Source: Candidatus Latescibacterota bacterium (lineage in GTDB: Bacteria; Latescibacterota; UBA2968; UBA8231). Taken from it: a stretch of DNA of 64,000 nucleotides. The stretch's first letter is position 1. Each line of letters starts with the position of its first letter. Below the pieces are notes generated by a model that did no database searches, was not told the origin of the DNA, and worked only from the letters and a program-made list of their open reading frames with translations. Shown here piece after piece: positions 61,805 through 64,000 of this stretch. The stretch spans positions 32,001-96,000 of the forward strand of contig CBDBIJ010000022.1 of the NCBI GenBank assembly GCA_965205655.1, in the 5' to 3' direction. The translations under genes were made by a program, and so were the position numbers.

Positions 61805-63178
61805 GAGCTAGGGTCAAATGGTGTGTAAACGACTCAGGCGGCGATCTTCTTCCTTTGCGCGATGGGTGATCCGTTTTCGTAGCACTCCCCGGCGTAGACG
61901 TCAGCCATGAGATGCGGTGCATTGAGTCGCCGGAATCGTTTCTCGGCCACCATCAGTACCCGCCAAATGAGGGCGGTGGCATTGGCCACCTTCCTGTATC
62001 GTTTGGCCGCATTGGTTCGCAACCGTACCGAAGCGAAGGGACTTTCGACGACGTTGGTGGTGCGCAGGTGTTGCCAGTGGGCCTCGGGAAAGTCGTAGAA
62101 TGTCACCATACGGTCCCAATCGCGCTCAAGGATATCGACGGCGTCTGGACACTCGCGGCGAAACCGTTTGGCGAATTGATCGCGACGTTTCGTCGCTTCC
62201 TGACGGGTCGGCGCGTACGGGAGCTGTGTCAGCAGGTGCCGCGCTTCGGCCTGCACGCGTTTTGGCAGCTTATCCAGCACGTTCAGGATGCGGTGATTCC
62301 AGCATCGCTGTTCAGCCGTCTCCGGCCAGACCTCTGCCAGGGCCGCCCAGATACCCAGGTGCCCATCCGCCACCAACAACTTCGCCACGCTCAGTCCGCG
62401 GTCACGCAGATCGCGCAGTACGCCCGCCCACGACTCTTCGATTCGCGATAGCCCGGGACAATCGTCAGGACTTCTTTGCGCCCATCGCTCATCGCGCCGA
62501 TGACCACCAGGAGAGCGGCTTTTTGCTTCTCAAGACCGGCTTTGACGTAGATCCCGTCCGCCCAGGCGTAGACGAGCTCGCGGGATCCAGTCGTCGGCTG
62601 CGCCAGGCGTTGTATTCGACGATCCACTTCTCACGCAAACGAGCGATCGAGGACGCCGACAAAGGCGCTCCCTTGCCCAGCAGGCCGCGCAGCGCCAGCT
62701 CGAAGTCGCCCTGAGACAAACCGTGCAGGTAAAGCTCTGGCAGCAGCTGACCTATTTCTTGGGTGCGCCGGGCGAACAGCGGCAGTACCGCACTCTCAAA
62801 TCGCTCTTCCAGACCCCGCACCCGAGGGCGTTTCACCTCGATCGTGCCCGAGGTCAAGGACAGTCGCCGCCGCTTCCCGTACCCATTGCGGTAGCCGCCG
62901 GCTGCGTCCAACGGTGCCTGTCGCTCGTACCGTGACCGTCCCAGCGCATGGGTGACTTCTTCATCCAGAACCGACTGCATCAGCGACTGAATCTGCGAGC
63001 GTGTCCACTCTTCCAGCGTTTCGAACGTGGGCATGGACATTTCCGTCGTGCTCGGCTTAGGTTGTGCCATGGCGATTCTCCTCTTCCTGCCGGGATAGCC
63101 CCGGCGTTTGTGATGGCTAATTACAAAGGAAGGGTAGGATCGCCGTCTGTCTATTTCCACACCTTCTGATTATAGCTC
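61805..63178 (-). mobile_element. IS256-family element with TIRs and no target duplication
   Basis: gagctagggtcaaatggtgtgtaaa versus reverse complement of the other end gagctataatcagaaggtgtggaaa. Confidence 0.85.
61834..63070 (-). pseudogene. IS256 transposase with two frameshifts (near 62590 and 62435)
   Basis: GYRNGY, RPRVR, YLHGLS; WADGIY; VADGHLG, QRCWNH, RTTNVVES distributed over three ORF pieces. Confidence 0.88.
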
Positions 63179-63205
63179 ACACAAAGGCGGATATCTACCT
63201 GGCAA

Positions 63206-63233
63206 AGTTGAACATTGGCAGTTGAACATTGGC
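63206..63233 (+). repeat. Perfect 14-bp tandem duplication AGTTGAACATTGGC x2
   Basis: Seen directly between the IS end and the next gene. Confidence 0.8.
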
Positions 63234-63297
63234 AAATGACCTGCGGCCATAAGTCGATTTTGTACTTCCTATTCGTCAGTCCGAGGCGGCGGGTTCC

Positions 63298-64000
63298 GTG
63301 AGCGTCGAAGACCGGCTCCTCTATCTGAGCCAACAGGACGTAGAGGCGGTGAACCTCGAGATGCCGGAGATCATCGAGGCTCTGGATCGCATGTTCGTCG
63401 AAAAGGGGCAGGGGCGCGTCGAGATGCCGCCAAAGCCGGGCATTCACACCCGCCGGGATGCCTTCATTCACGCCATGCCCGCCTACATCCCGAGTCTCGA
63501 AGCGGCGGGAATGAAGTGGATTTCCGGTTATCCGGACAATCAGGCGAAGGGACTGCCCTACATTACCGGGCTCCTCATCCTCAACGATCCGGAAACCGGT
63601 GTTCCCCTCTCCGTCATGGACGCGACCTGGATCACCGCCAAACGCACCGGCGCCGCAACGGCGGTGGCGGCCAGATACTTCGCACGCGCCGACAGCTCGA
63701 CTGTCGGCATCCTCGCCTGCGGCGTCCAGGGTCGCAGCAATCTCGAGGCGCTGGCCACGATCTTCGACCTGACCAGAGTCAAGGCGTACGACATTCGCGA
63801 AGACGCGGCGGCCTCCTTTGCTCGGGAGATGGGTGCTCAACTGGAGCTCGATATCGAAGTTGTGGACGAGCCAAGGCAGGCCGTTGTCGATCTGGATCTC
63901 GTCGTCACCAGCGGACCGATCCTCAAAGATCCGACACCGGCGATCGAGCCGGACTGGCTGTCCGAGGGCAGCTTTGCCAGCCCCGTCGACTTCGACTCCT
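63298..64000 (+). CDS. Ornithine cyclodeaminase/mu-crystallin family (3' truncated by window edge)
   Basis: Own translation: LLYLSQQDV, MPPKPG, HAMPAY, GMKWISGYPDN, ITAKRTGAA, ACGVQG, VVTSGP. Confidence 0.88.
   Translation, partial: MSVEDRLLYLSQQDVEAVNLEMPEIIEALDRMFVEKGQGRVEMPPKPGIHTRRDAFIHAMPAYIPSLEAAGMKWISGYPDNQAKGLPYITGLLILNDPETGVPLSVMDATWITAKRTGAATAVAARYFARADSSTVGILACGVQGRSNLEALATIFDLTRVKAYDIREDAAASFAREMGAQLELDIEVVDEPRQAVVDLDLVVTSGPILKDPTPAIEPDWLSEGSFASPVDFDS

Overview
GC-rich bacterial chromosomal window of about 60 genes with no rRNA, tRNA or CRISPR array. It is dominated by catabolic paralogs: four PhyH dioxygenases, two Gfo/Idh/MocA oxidoreductases, two enolase-superfamily enzymes, a sulfatase, Asp-box/beta-propeller hydrolases, an amidase, a P450 and a DUF6785-like transporter. 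It also carries ettA, two signalling proteins, an MMPL/LolA-like/OMP/TetR operon and NatAB-like ABC genes. This repertoire resembles Ca. Latescibacterota/Poribacteria-type heterotrophs (inference only). Mobile DNA comprises an intact IS256 with target duplication splitting an outer-membrane gene, a frameshifted IS256 without target duplication, and a ~126-bp CTAG-targeting MITE splitting a dipeptidase gene. Many genes carry single-base frameshifts, in-frame stops or large internal deletions, reflecting decay and/or sequencing error. The most notable candidates are a PhyH dioxygenase containing an IS630-transposase-like HTH insert, a YhcG-N (DUF1016_N)/thermonuclease fusion, and a receiver-domain nucleotide cyclase with non-adenylate (Q/C) specificity residues. 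All family assignments come from motif recognition by eye, not database searches.
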